Shown here: piece after piece, positions 49,940 through 59,609 of the stretch
How positions within the stretch are numbered: position 1 is the stretch's first letter
Layout of the letters: the number at the start of each line of letters is the position of its first letter
DNA from: an uncultured Gammaproteobacteria bacterium
Lineage (GTDB): Bacteria; Cyanobacteriota; Vampirovibrionia; LMEP-6097
DNA: 64,000 nt
Assembly: GCA_964551135.1 (NCBI GenBank)
Contig: CAZKAT010000006.1
Span: forward strand, 1,822-65,821
Direction: 5' to 3'
The notes under the pieces: generated by a model
Told to the model about the DNA's origin: nothing
What the model saw: the letters and a program-made list of their open reading frames with translations, nothing else
Database searches by the model: none
Made by a program: the position numbers and the translations under genes

Positions 49940-50305
49940 ATGTTAGGTCAAGAGTCAGAATTAGAAGTAGCAGACAACACAGGAGCAAAGCGAGTAAGGG
50001 TTATAAGAGTCCTTAAAGCTAACTGTAACAGAGCTGATATTGGAGATATAGTTGTAGCTGCAGTTAAAGATGCGACTCCTAATATGCCTGTTAAGAAATC
50101 AGAAGTTGTTAAAGCTGTAGTAGTAAGAACTAGAAAAGGCAACAAGCGTAAAGACGGTAGCTGGATTAGCTTTAATCAGAATGCTTGCGTTATTATCGAC
50201 AAGGATGGCAATCCACGTGGTTCTCGTGTATTCGGTCCTGTAGCTCGTGAATTACGCGATAAGGGTTACATGAAGATCATCTCTTTAGCACAAGAAGTTA
50301 TTTAA
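49940..50305 (+). CDS. rplN: 50S ribosomal protein L14
   Basis: VADNTGAK and [13 protein letters not shown]. Confidence 0.98.
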   Translation: MLGQESELEVADNTGAKRVRVIRVLKANCNRADIGDIVVAAVKDATPNMPVKKSEVVKAVVVRTRKGNKRKDGSWISFNQNACVIIDKDGNPRGSRVFGPVARELRDKGYMKIISLAQEVI

Positions 50306-50323
50306 GTTTTAAGGACAAAGAAA

Positions 50324-50764
50324 ATGAAAACACAAGAAGGAAAAAAAATCAGATACACTAAAGCGGCTAAGTCAACTAAGACTAAGAAGAACGGTGTGCG
50401 TTTGGTTTCAATGGCTTTAGTTAAAAAAGGTCGTCGTAATATTCAAGCTAAGACTAATGTTAATCGTGGTGATGAAGTAATCGTTATCAGTGGTGACGAC
50501 AAAGGCAAGATCGCTAAAGTTTTAGAAGTGTTTCGTGACACAGGTAAGATTATTGTTGAAGGCGTTAATATCAACAAGAAACACCGCCGTGCTATGGGAC
50601 CTGGTCAAGAAGGCGAGATCCTAGAAACTGAAGCTCCTATATTCGCTTCTAAAGTAATGCTTTGGGATGAAGCTAACAAGAAAGCTTCTAGAGTAGGACA
50701 CAAAGTTTTAGACAATGGTAAAAAAGTTAGAACGCTTAAATCAAGTGGAGAACAGATAGTTTAA
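50324..50764 (+). CDS. rplX: 50S ribosomal protein L24 (N-terminally extended)
   Basis: KOW motif [19 protein letters not shown] and EAPI. Confidence 0.95.
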   Translation: MKTQEGKKIRYTKAAKSTKTKKNGVRLVSMALVKKGRRNIQAKTNVNRGDEVIVISGDDKGKIAKVLEVFRDTGKIIVEGVNINKKHRRAMGPGQEGEILETEAPIFASKVMLWDEANKKASRVGHKVLDNGKKVRTLKSSGEQIV

Positions 50765-50787
50765 GACTAAGAATCTGGAGAAATATT

Positions 50788-51342
50788 ATGGCAACATCAA
50801 TGAAAGATAGATATGAAACGGAAGCTAAAGCTAAGATCAAAGCTAAGCTAGGCGTTACTAATGAATATGCTATTCCTAAGCTTGACAAGATTGTTATCAA
50901 TTTTGGACTTGGTGAATCAGCTTCTAACGGTAAAGCTCTTGAGAATGCTATTGATGACTTAACTAATATTTCTGGTCAGAAGCCTATAGTTACTAGAGCT
51001 AAGAAATCTATCGCAGGATTTAAGCTTAGAGAGAACTCTGCTGTAGGTCTTAAAGTCACTCTACGTAAGCAACGTATGTATGATTTCTTTTCTAAGTTAG
51101 TTAATATTGCTTTACCGCGTGTGAGAGACTTTGGTGGATTACCTACTAAGAGTTTTGATGGTCAAGGCAACTATGCATTTGGTCTTAAGGAGCAATTAGT
51201 GTTTCCTGAGATTAAGTACGATAAGGTAGATGCTGTAAGAGGTATGGATATCATTGTTTGTACTACAGCTAAAGACGATAAGTCAGCTAAAGTGTTACTT
51301 GAAGAATTAGGGCTTCCATTCAGAAAGCCTACTAAGAGATAA
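50788..51342 (+). CDS. rplE: 50S ribosomal protein L5
   Basis: [27 protein letters not shown] and FPEI. Confidence 0.98.
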   Translation: MATSMKDRYETEAKAKIKAKLGVTNEYAIPKLDKIVINFGLGESASNGKALENAIDDLTNISGQKPIVTRAKKSIAGFKLRENSAVGLKVTLRKQRMYDFFSKLVNIALPRVRDFGGLPTKSFDGQGNYAFGLKEQLVFPEIKYDKVDAVRGMDIIVCTTAKDDKSAKVLLEELGLPFRKPTKR

Positions 51343-51366
51343 GTAGTAAGGAATTAAGGAAAAAAT

Positions 51367-51672
51367 ATGGCAAAAAAATCATCAACAGAGAAAACACAAA
51401 GGAAGAAAAAGCTAGTAGCTAAGTACGCTAAGAAGCGCGCTGAGCTTAAGAAAGCTATGGCTGTTCCTGGCATAGATTTTGAAGCAAGAATGGCTCTCCA
51501 AAAACAAATCGAGAACCTTCCTCTTAATTCAAGTCGTGTACGTGAACGTAGTCGTTGTTGGCTAACAGGTAGAGCGCGTGGTTATCACCGTGACTTAGGA
51601 CTTTGCCGTAACGCTTTGCGTTTAATGGCTCACCAAGGTTTAATCCCTGGAATGACCAAAGCTAGTTGGTAA
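51367..51672 (+). CDS. rpsN: 30S ribosomal protein S14 (101-aa form)
   Basis: MAKKS, RCWLTGRARG and IPGMTKASW. Confidence 0.96.
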   Translation: MAKKSSTEKTQRKKKLVAKYAKKRAELKKAMAVPGIDFEARMALQKQIENLPLNSSRVRERSRCWLTGRARGYHRDLGLCRNALRLMAHQGLIPGMTKASW

Positions 51673-51709
51673 GTGGTTTATAAAGTTTAAAGAAGAGAAG
51701 GAATCTAAA

Positions 51710-52144
51710 ATGTCAAACGAAACAGCGGTAATAAAAAACAATAAAACTTCAAACGATCCAGTCGCGGATTTTTTGACGAGAATTAGAAACGCTACTATCG
51801 CTAAGAAAGAGACTGTGTTAGTACCGTTTAGCAAGCTTAAGCTAGAGTTAGCTACTTTGCTTAATAATGAAGGTTATATTTCTAACGTTAAAATAGTTAA
51901 CGACGATAACGTTGCCACTAAATCGCTTGAGATTGGTATTAAGTATCTTAATGGAGAGTCTGTAATTAAAGGACTTAAGAAGATATCTAAGCCTGGTTTA
52001 CGTAAGTATGCTAAAGCTAAATATTCTCCAAGAGTTCTTAGCGGTTTAGGAGTGAGCATTCTCACTACTAGTCAAGGTTTGAAAACTGACCGTAAAGCAA
52101 GAAAGGATAAAGTTGGAGGAGAAGTACTCTGCCAAGTTTGGTAA
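51710..52144 (+). CDS. rpsH: 30S ribosomal protein S8
   Basis: DPVADFLTRIRNA, ISKPGLR and GGEVLCQVW. Confidence 0.98.
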   Translation: MSNETAVIKNNKTSNDPVADFLTRIRNATIAKKETVLVPFSKLKLELATLLNNEGYISNVKIVNDDNVATKSLEIGIKYLNGESVIKGLKKISKPGLRKYAKAKYSPRVLSGLGVSILTTSQGLKTDRKARKDKVGGEVLCQVW

Positions 52145-52183
52145 GACTTATCCAGTTAAGAGGTTTCAAGAGAGGAATTAAGT

Positions 52184-52738
52184 ATGTCAAGGATCGGTAA
52201 AAAAGAAATAAATATCCCAGAAGGAGTAGTAGTAACTATTCAGGATACTGAGCATGGTCAATTGATCAAGGTTAAAGGTCCTAAGGGCGAACTAAGTCGT
52301 GTTGTTAGAAATGAGATTGCAGTTAGCCAAGAAGGCAATGTTATATCAGTTAAGCGTAAGGCTGAGAATCGTCAATCAAGAGCATTGCATGGTCTTACTC
52401 GTACCCTTATCAGTAACATGGTTTTAGGTGTTAAAGATGGCTTTAAGAAAGAATTAGAAATCGTAGGAGTTGGTTACAGAGCGACTCTTAAAGGTGCTAA
52501 TTTAGATTTCCAGATTGGTAAATCACACCCAGTAATTGTTGAACCACCTAGTGGTATCAGTTTCTTGGTTACAGAAAACACTAAGTTAACTGTATCTGGT
52601 CCTGATAAACAATTAGTAGGTCAAGTAGCAGCTAATATCATTGCACTCAGACCACCAGAGCCATACAAGGGTAAAGGTATTAGAGTTAAGGGTCAGAGAA
52701 TCAAGCGTAAAGCTGGTAAGTCTGGTACAGCGAAGTGA
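52184..52738 (+). CDS. rplF: 50S ribosomal protein L6
   Basis: MSRIGK, VKGPKGEL and RPPEPYKGKG. Confidence 0.98.
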   Translation: MSRIGKKEINIPEGVVVTIQDTEHGQLIKVKGPKGELSRVVRNEIAVSQEGNVISVKRKAENRQSRALHGLTRTLISNMVLGVKDGFKKELEIVGVGYRATLKGANLDFQIGKSHPVIVEPPSGISFLVTENTKLTVSGPDKQLVGQVAANIIALRPPEPYKGKGIRVKGQRIKRKAGKSGTAK

Positions 52739-52762
52739 TAGTTTGAATTTTGGAGAAAAGAA

Positions 52763-53125
52763 ATGGCACAATTAACTAGAAAAGAAAGAACAGGCAAAAG
52801 ACACTTCAGAGCAAGAAAGAAGATCAATGGTAGTAATGAGAGACCAAGATTGGCTGTTTGCAGATCTAATAAGCATATCTCTGCTCAGATCATTAACGAT
52901 ATCGAGTCTAAGACTATCTGTGCTGTAACGTCTTACTCAGTAGATCTTAAAGAGAGAATTAAGGGCTCAGATAAAGCTGGTGCTGAAGCTGTAGGTAAGG
53001 CTATCGCTGAGAAAGCTAAAGCTCTAGGAGTTGAGAAGGTTGTGTTTGATTGTGGTGGAAATCTTTACCATGGTAGAGTACAAGCGTTAGCGGATGCAGC
53101 AAGAAAAGCAGGTTTGGAGTTTTAA
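52763..53125 (+). CDS. rplR: 50S ribosomal protein L18
   Basis: RPRL..RSNKHI and [19 protein letters not shown]. Confidence 0.97.
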   Translation: MAQLTRKERTGKRHFRARKKINGSNERPRLAVCRSNKHISAQIINDIESKTICAVTSYSVDLKERIKGSDKAGAEAVGKAIAEKAKALGVEKVVFDCGGNLYHGRVQALADAARKAGLEF

Positions 53126-53130
53126 TAAAT

Positions 53131-53934
53131 ATGTCAAAAGAAGATAAAGATTTAGATCAAAAGATAGAAATAGACGAAGTCCTAGCTGAAGCTAAGGCTG
53201 AAGAAATTGCTGAAGAGGTCGCGACTGAAGAAGGTATGCCTGAGGCTAAAGCTGAAGATGCTGCTCCTGTTGCGTTTGATGGTACTCCTAAAGCGCCTAC
53301 TAAGAACCCTCTGGATGCTGATCGTAATAAGCGTAAAGGTGCTCCACAAGCCAGAGATGGTGCTGCTGGTGCTAAAGATGGAAACCGTAAACCAGGTGGA
53401 CCAGGTGGTCATAAGCGTGGTAGAGGTAGACAAGAACAAGCTGAGCAACCTTCGGAATTTACAGAGAAGGTAGTTCAAGTACGTCGTGTAACTAAAGTTG
53501 TTAAAGGTGGTAAGAAACTAAGTTTCAGAACTACTGTAATTATTGGAAACGAGAAAGGTAAAGTTGGAGTTGGTGTAGGTAAGGCTGCTGAAGTACTTAT
53601 CGCTATTAAGAAAGCTATCTCTGATGCTAAGAAGAATCTCGTAGATATTCAAACTGTATCTAAGACTAATACTATTTCTCATTCAGTTGTAGGTGAAGCT
53701 GGTGGTGCAATCGTTCTACTTAAGCCTGCTGCAGATGGTACTGGTATTATCGCTGGTGGTACTGCACGTATAGTATTAGAGCTTGCTGGAGTTGGTGATA
53801 TTCTTGCTAAGTCTAAAGGTTCTAAGTCGCCTCTTAACGTAGCTCGTGCTACTGTTAATGCTCTACAGCAACTAAGAAGCTTCCAAGAAGTAGCAAGTTC
53901 TAGAGGTATTACTGTTAAGAATATGCTTTTCTAA
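53131..53934 (+). CDS. rpsE: 30S ribosomal protein S5 (long N-terminal extension)
   Basis: RVTKVVKGG and GTGIIAGG; about 105 extra N-terminal residues. Confidence 0.96.
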   Translation: MSKEDKDLDQKIEIDEVLAEAKAEEIAEEVATEEGMPEAKAEDAAPVAFDGTPKAPTKNPLDADRNKRKGAPQARDGAAGAKDGNRKPGGPGGHKRGRGRQEQAEQPSEFTEKVVQVRRVTKVVKGGKKLSFRTTVIIGNEKGKVGVGVGKAAEVLIAIKKAISDAKKNLVDIQTVSKTNTISHSVVGEAGGAIVLLKPAADGTGIIAGGTARIVLELAGVGDILAKSKGSKSPLNVARATVNALQQLRSFQEVASSRGITVKNMLF

Positions 53935-53961
53935 GAGTGAATTGAATAAAGGTAAATTATC

Positions 53962-54159
53962 ATGGCAACAGAAACAAAAAAGAAAAAATTATCAATCAAG
54001 TTAGTGCGAGGCATCGCTAAGGCTGATAAAAAACAAACCAAAGTGCTTGAGGCATTGGGTTTGCGCAAGAGTGGTAGAGTAGTACAACATGATGATGGTC
54101 CTACTATCATGGGTATGATCACCAAAGTTTCTCACTTAGTTGAGGTAACTAAGAATTAA
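53962..54159 (+). CDS. rpmD: 50S ribosomal protein L30
   Basis: LEALGLRK and GMITKVSHLV; lies between rpsE and rplO. Confidence 0.93.
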   Translation: MATETKKKKLSIKLVRGIAKADKKQTKVLEALGLRKSGRVVQHDDGPTIMGMITKVSHLVEVTKN

Positions 54160-54179
54160 GATTAATAAGGTAGAGAATT

Positions 54180-54662
54180 ATGACTGAAGCAGTAAAAACA
54201 TTAGAGAATTTAAAACCAGCTACTGGAGCGACGAGAAGACGTCGTAGAGTGGGTAGAGGTATTCCATCTGGCGCAGGTAAGACTTGCGGAAGAGGTCACC
54301 GTGGTCAAAGGTGTCGTTCAGGTTATTCTCGTAAGCCATGGCGTGAAGGTGGTCAGACACCTATGTACAGAAGATTGCCTAAGCACCAGGTTAATACTCG
54401 TGTGAATCGTAAAATATTTACTGAGATTAATCTTAATGACTTACAATTACTTGCTGATGCAGGCATTAAAGAAATCGATGCTGTAACTTTAATCGAGCAA
54501 GGAAGTCTTAAATTTATCGAAGCTTGGGGAGTGAAAATCCTTGGTAATGGAGAGTTGAAAGCTGCTGTTACTGTTACTGCTGAAAGATTCTCGGCTGCTG
54601 CTAAAGAAGCTATTGAGAAAGCTGGTGGTAAAGCTGTAGTTGCTGGCGCTGAGCTCGAGTAA
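54180..54662 (+). CDS. rplO: 50S ribosomal protein L15
   Basis: RVGRG..SG.GKTCGRG, EGGQTP.YRRLPK and VKILGNG. Confidence 0.97.
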   Translation: MTEAVKTLENLKPATGATRRRRRVGRGIPSGAGKTCGRGHRGQRCRSGYSRKPWREGGQTPMYRRLPKHQVNTRVNRKIFTEINLNDLQLLADAGIKEIDAVTLIEQGSLKFIEAWGVKILGNGELKAAVTVTAERFSAAAKEAIEKAGGKAVVAGAELE

Positions 54663-54694
54663 GAATTAAGCATACATAGCTTGAGTAATTAGGA

Positions 54695-54735
54695 ATTAGT
54701 TAAGTGCTTAACTAATCTACCTTTACTTTTCTTTA
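54695..54735 (+). terminator. Possible terminator after rplO
   Basis: AT-rich inverted repeat ATTAGTTAAG-TG-CTTAACTAAT followed by a pyrimidine-rich tract. Confidence 0.4.
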
Positions 54736-54815
54736 TATTTGTTTTATAATAGTCCCTGGACCTTAGGAACTTAAAAAGATTATTAAGGTCTTTGATTTAT
54801 TAGTGAGGCTAATCG

Positions 54816-55133
54816 ATGTTAAAAGAAATTGTCAAAGTAAATTTCAGCTCAGATTCTAAGTTAGATCTAGGTAAACTTGATCCTAGCTTTGAAGCTGTTT
54901 TAGCACGAGGTGATTACCATATCAATTTTGCTGGTCATGATCAGCGTTTGGTTTTCGAGAACTTTAAAGCTAAAGAAATTAAGAGTACTGAAGATCTGGC
55001 TTTGGCAATGAAGCGCAGTATAGAAGAGCAAGAGATCGAAGGTATTCAGAGTCTAATTTTTACTTTTATAGGTGATGCTATGGATTACGTTAGCGAACCA
55101 GTTAATTACGAGTTTTGTGTTGAGATTAAGTAA
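54816..55133 (+). CDS. Hypothetical protein inserted between rplO and secY
   Basis: 105-aa ORF with GAGG RBS. Confidence 0.6.
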   Translation: MLKEIVKVNFSSDSKLDLGKLDPSFEAVLARGDYHINFAGHDQRLVFENFKAKEIKSTEDLALAMKRSIEEQEIEGIQSLIFTFIGDAMDYVSEPVNYEFCVEIK

Positions 55134-55182
55134 GCCTCTTTACTCTATTTAGTTATACGGATATTTGCTATCATAGAACTCT

Positions 55183-56577
55183 ATGGCACAGAACGATAGC
55201 AAGAATAGTCACGGTTTTAGTTTTAACGATATTATGGGGGCAAGTGGCTTGCCAGAGAAGATTGGTTTTACAGTAATGATGCTAGCGGTTTACCGCCTTG
55301 GAGTTCATATTCCTCTTAATGGAGTTGATCATGATGCGCTTAGATCTAACCCAACCCTTAGTTCTGGTTTACTAGGCTTAGTGGATATGTTTGCTGGTGG
55401 TGCTCTTAGTGCTCTGTCTATTTTTGCGCTTGGAGTTGGTCCATATATTACTGCAAGTATTATTATGCAGTTATTAGTAGAAGTGATTCCTGCACTTAAA
55501 GATTTACAACGTCATCAAGGTGAGGAAGGACGTAAACAATATCAACAGATTAATCGTTACTCGACTCTTGTTCTTGCAGCGGTGCAGAGTTTTGCTTTAG
55601 CAAGATTTCTTGATGTTGCTAGGATTGCAGAAAATCCTGGTACTTGGTTTTATTTAAGTACTATATTTATTCTTTCAGTTTCAGCAGTTCTGGTAATGTG
55701 GATTGGTGAGATTATTACTGAGAAAGGCATTGGCAATGGTGCAAGTTTATTGATTTTCATAGGTATCGCTTCTAAGCTACCTGTAATGATCAAAGATACA
55801 GCAACTGCTGTGAGAATCGGTTCTAGTCCACAAATGGGGGTTCTAGTGCTTGTATTTATTTTCTTTGTGATGACTGTTCTAATTATTCTACTTCAAGAAG
55901 GTTCTCGTAACCTACTTATAGTCGGTGCTAAGAGAGTAGGAGTGAATACTAAAGGACATTTCCTTCCTCTGAAAATCAATCCTGCAGGAGTTCTGCCGAT
56001 AATTTTTGCTTCAGCAGTTTTATTTATGCCAGTTCAACTGCTCACATTTGCTGGGATTCAGGATAAATCTGTATCAATGATAGTTAGAGATATGTTCGCT
56101 TCAATCCCTGGTGTGCACTCACTAGCAGGTACTTCGCTAGGTAGTTTTGGAACTTGGTTATCAATGCGCTTAGAGTATATATTCTCTTATACTAAGATCG
56201 AACATTCTATTGCTTACTTCTTGCTGATTGTTGCTTTCACTTTCTTCTATGCAACTATAGTAACTAATCCTCGTGAGATGGCTGATAACCTCAAGAAAGG
56301 CGGTTCAGCGATAGAAGGTGTTAAGCCTGGTAAGCCAACTACAGACTATCTTGAGAAAATACTTTCACGTATAGTTTTCATCGGAGCTATTGCTATTGGA
56401 CTTATTGCGGTAGTGCCAATTCATGCAGAACAATGGTGTCAAGTGAACACACTTGGTGGATTGGGTTCTACGTCGTTAATCATTCTTGTGGGTGTTGCTA
56501 TTGATACTCGTAACCAGATTCTTGCTTACGTACACTCGCATAGGTATCAAGCTAAGAGTTTGCTGAGAAGGACTTAA
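55183..56577 (+). CDS. secY: Preprotein translocase subunit SecY
   Basis: SIFALGVGPYITASIIMQLL, GIGNGASL, AGVLPIIFAS and GSTSLIILVGV. Confidence 0.97.
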   Translation: MAQNDSKNSHGFSFNDIMGASGLPEKIGFTVMMLAVYRLGVHIPLNGVDHDALRSNPTLSSGLLGLVDMFAGGALSALSIFALGVGPYITASIIMQLLVEVIPALKDLQRHQGEEGRKQYQQINRYSTLVLAAVQSFALARFLDVARIAENPGTWFYLSTIFILSVSAVLVMWIGEIITEKGIGNGASLLIFIGIASKLPVMIKDTATAVRIGSSPQMGVLVLVFIFFVMTVLIILLQEGSRNLLIVGAKRVGVNTKGHFLPLKINPAGVLPIIFASAVLFMPVQLLTFAGIQDKSVSMIVRDMFASIPGVHSLAGTSLGSFGTWLSMRLEYIFSYTKIEHSIAYFLLIVAFTFFYATIVTNPREMADNLKKGGSAIEGVKPGKPTTDYLEKILSRIVFIGAIAIGLIAVVPIHAEQWCQVNTLGGLGSTSLIILVGVAIDTRNQILAYVHSHRYQAKSLLRRT

Positions 56578-58670
56578 ACAGCTAGGTCAAACTTAGCTAT
56601 CTCTACTTTATTTGGCTTCAACACATCAGTAACAAATGCTTTGATTATTTGTTTTTCACCTACTTGGCGACTGGTTTCCAGTGCAGGTTTCTTTGCTAAT
56701 AACTTAGCTGTTCCTTGAAGTAGGGCTGTTCTGTTACTTATTCCTATTTGATCTTTAGGATCTTGGTTAATTGTTGCTTCATCAATAGCATCTTGCTTCT
56801 CGTCTACATCAGGCTCTTTTATTTGGCTTGGAGCATTTAATCCAAGAGCTCGAATTATGTTTTTCATGATGCTTGGAAATCTACTTAAAAACGACACTGT
56901 GTGCTGACTTAACTTTTTAACTCTTTCTGCATCAACTGTCGTATCTTCACCAAATAGTTTATGGCTAGCATCAATAAGCTTAGAAGCTAATCCTTTAACT
57001 TTAGTCTCATTTGTTTGAGGTTTAATTTGTGCGACTGCTGCTATTTGCGTTTCGACATCAGTTGGACTTTTATCTCCCAGAGCTGATTTAACTAAGTTGC
57101 TTATAAATCGTATTGGGAAAAACGAGGTAATAGTACTAAGTAGCGATTTAGAGAATTTATTGTTTTTAGTGTTAGGTATTGGTGTTTTAAGATCCTTAGC
57201 ATCAAGAGTTTGTTTATTAGCAGTTTCAGAAGCATTTTTAATTGCAAGTAATTTGGCTTCAATTGAGTCTATAGCAGCTAATTCTGGTTGCAAAGCTTTA
57301 TTCAAGATTTCAAAAATAGCATAAGGATCTTTGCTTGCTAATTTATTAGGGAATCCAACACTTTGAACATTGGTAAAATTAGGATTAGTTTCTTTCAGCT
57401 TATCCTTGAAATACTCACTAGATTTCACACCAAATAACCCAGGTATCCTCTTGAGAATCTTTAATCTAGTTTGATTTAAAACATTTTCAACTATATATTT
57501 CAGTGCTTCTGTATTCTTAGGTTCAAGTAGATGATAATTGAAATCTGAGCAAGCTGCTTCAGCTGAGCGGCTTTTCGATACTTGAGAGGATAACTTTCTA
57601 ATTTTTGCTAATCCTGCCTCAAACTGTTCTTTAGTAATGGAGTTTTCAACAGTAATTAAGACGCCTTCCGTTGGCTCATTATTTTTGAGCCTTATGGCTT
57701 TCTCAACCCTGGTTAATGATCTTTGTCCGATTCTTGTATAATCGACTAGTGCTCTAATGAAAGCAGGATTAAGTCCATCTAAGGCTACTGAAATTAGAAG
57801 ATCGATTTGTTTTTCATGTTTAAATTTTCTTTCATTTAATATTTCTGTTTCTGTTTCTGTTTTTGGAGGTCTTTGATTAGCTTCTTGCCTAATCACTTGA
57901 TCTCTTATTGGTGAAGTAACTTCATCAAGAGCCTTTGTTAATGTATAAGCCACTATATCTTCAGGATTAATTTCAACACGTTTTTGACCGTGAATAAGTT
58001 TTATCGTTTCAGATTGAGATTGACTTGCTTTAGGTTGTCTTGCTTGTTCAGCTTCAAATATTTCTTTTGTTAAGGGTCTGGTTAGGCGTCTTTCAATGGT
58101 TCTATTACCTTCATTGCCTATAAGGTTGAAAGAAATATCTCTTGTTGCTGCATCATAGCTAACAGAGCTCCAGTTAGGTTTCGTGATGGTTTGAAAACTT
58201 CGGATTAATTGTAATAAAATCTCACTACTTAAGTCTTCTTTTTTGAAAGGAGCAGGCATATCTTCCTCTCTACTAAGTCGATCCATTTCAGTATTAATTT
58301 CATCTTTTAAAATTTTTAATGCTCTACCTCTATCTTCATGTTTTTCTCGAAGTATTTCATAGCGTTCTGCTATATGACTTTTATTGGACGGATTCTCTTT
58401 ACTTGGATTAAGGAGTCTTAAGTTTGCAATATAAGGTATATGATCTCTGATATTAAAACTTACTTTAAAAGGTAAATCTGCTGTAATTTCTTCTCTGACT
58501 TGTCTGTGCTTTCTTCTTGGAGTTGCTGCTAGTCTTTGATCAAGTTGATCTATATACAGATTTGGTACTGAAGTCTCCGTATTAGGAACTTCTATAAGTT
58601 CAGCCATATGTCTTAACTGACGTCTATTTAAAGCATGAACACCGGCTAAATTTTCGATTGATATAGTCAA
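56574..58670 (-). CDS. Large hypothetical protein
   Basis: 698-aa ORF convergent with secY; no recognised motif. Confidence 0.75.
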   Translation of the reverse strand: MTISIENLAGVHALNRRQLRHMAELIEVPNTETSVPNLYIDQLDQRLAATPRRKHRQVREEITADLPFKVSFNIRDHIPYIANLRLLNPSKENPSNKSHIAERYEILREKHEDRGRALKILKDEINTEMDRLSREEDMPAPFKKEDLSSEILLQLIRSFQTITKPNWSSVSYDAATRDISFNLIGNEGNRTIERRLTRPLTKEIFEAEQARQPKASQSQSETIKLIHGQKRVEINPEDIVAYTLTKALDEVTSPIRDQVIRQEANQRPPKTETETEILNERKFKHEKQIDLLISVALDGLNPAFIRALVDYTRIGQRSLTRVEKAIRLKNNEPTEGVLITVENSITKEQFEAGLAKIRKLSSQVSKSRSAEAACSDFNYHLLEPKNTEALKYIVENVLNQTRLKILKRIPGLFGVKSSEYFKDKLKETNPNFTNVQSVGFPNKLASKDPYAIFEILNKALQPELAAIDSIEAKLLAIKNASETANKQTLDAKDLKTPIPNTKNNKFSKSLLSTITSFFPIRFISNLVKSALGDKSPTDVETQIAAVAQIKPQTNETKVKGLASKLIDASHKLFGEDTTVDAERVKKLSQHTVSFLSRFPSIMKNIIRALGLNAPSQIKEPDVDEKQDAIDEATINQDPKDQIGISNRTALLQGTAKLLAKKPALETSRQVGEKQIIKAFVTDVLKPNKVEIAKFDLAV

Positions 58671-58780
58671 ATATATTACTGTCCCGTAAATTAAGAATAA
58701 CAGTAATTAATTATAATTAGAGATAATCATTTTAAAAGTTCTTTAATCTCAGCTTAGTCTTTTTTGCTATAATTAAGTGT

Positions 58781-59503
58781 ATGAACAATCTAAACTACGA
58801 CCCTACAAATGCTGGTAATGGCTTTCCTGTTTCAGGGCAGGCTAATTGGCAAGCTGCAGAACAAGGCTTTGTGACTAGAGTTTTTAATTGGATGTTTATG
58901 GGCTTACTGGCGACGGCTGTTGTTAGTTATATAGTGGCTAGTAATGAGATGATTCTCAGAACGGTATTTAGTAGTCCTTGGGTGATGATAGTTCTATGTA
59001 TTGGACTATTTGGTTTGGTCATTAATATCAGCGCCAATATTATGAAGATGTCTCCACAAGCGGCGGCACTGAACTTCTTTATATACTCAGCACTTAATGG
59101 TGTTCTGCTTAGCTCAATCTTTATTGTATATACATCAGCTTCAATATTTTCTACTTTCTGTGTTGCTGCTGCGACTTTCGGTGTGATGGCGCTTTATGGT
59201 TCTACTACTAAGAAAGATCTTACAGGAATGGGCTCTTTATGTTTTATGGCTTTGATCGGTTTGATTATTGCTCAAGTGGTTAATATGTTCTTACATAATG
59301 AAGGCTTTGCTAGCATTCTTAACTATGCTGGTGTTTTGATATTCGTAGGACTCACTGCTTATGATGTACAGAAGATTAAACAGATAGGTCAGTCTAGTAA
59401 CTATCATCCTAATTTGGCTATTTCTGGAGCACTTGCACTCTATCTTGATTTTATAAACCTATTCTTAAGTCTATTAAGAATTATGGGAAATCGTAGAGAC
59501 TAA
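58781..59503 (+). CDS. Bax inhibitor-1/YccA family membrane protein
   Basis: Seven hydrophobic segments; GLTAYDVQKIK and ALALYLDFINLF. Confidence 0.93.
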   Translation: MNNLNYDPTNAGNGFPVSGQANWQAAEQGFVTRVFNWMFMGLLATAVVSYIVASNEMILRTVFSSPWVMIVLCIGLFGLVINISANIMKMSPQAAALNFFIYSALNGVLLSSIFIVYTSASIFSTFCVAAATFGVMALYGSTTKKDLTGMGSLCFMALIGLIIAQVVNMFLHNEGFASILNYAGVLIFVGLTAYDVQKIKQIGQSSNYHPNLAISGALALYLDFINLFLSLLRIMGNRRD

Positions 59504-59512
59504 TTTTTCTTG

Positions 59513-59609
59513 TTGAAAATTCATCTTCCTTTAGGGTATAATATTTAACGTATAATCTTAGTCCTTTTAGATAAGCGGGCCTATGCCTGCTTTTTGCTTA
59601 GAAGGGACT
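59513..59609 (+). promoter_or_regulatory. Sigma70 promoter and rimP-leader-like attenuator hairpin upstream of nusA
   Basis: TTGAAA-N18-TATAAT; AGCGGGC-CTAT-GCCTGCT-TTTT inside an outer AGTCCTTT/AAGGGACT stem. Confidence 0.65.
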
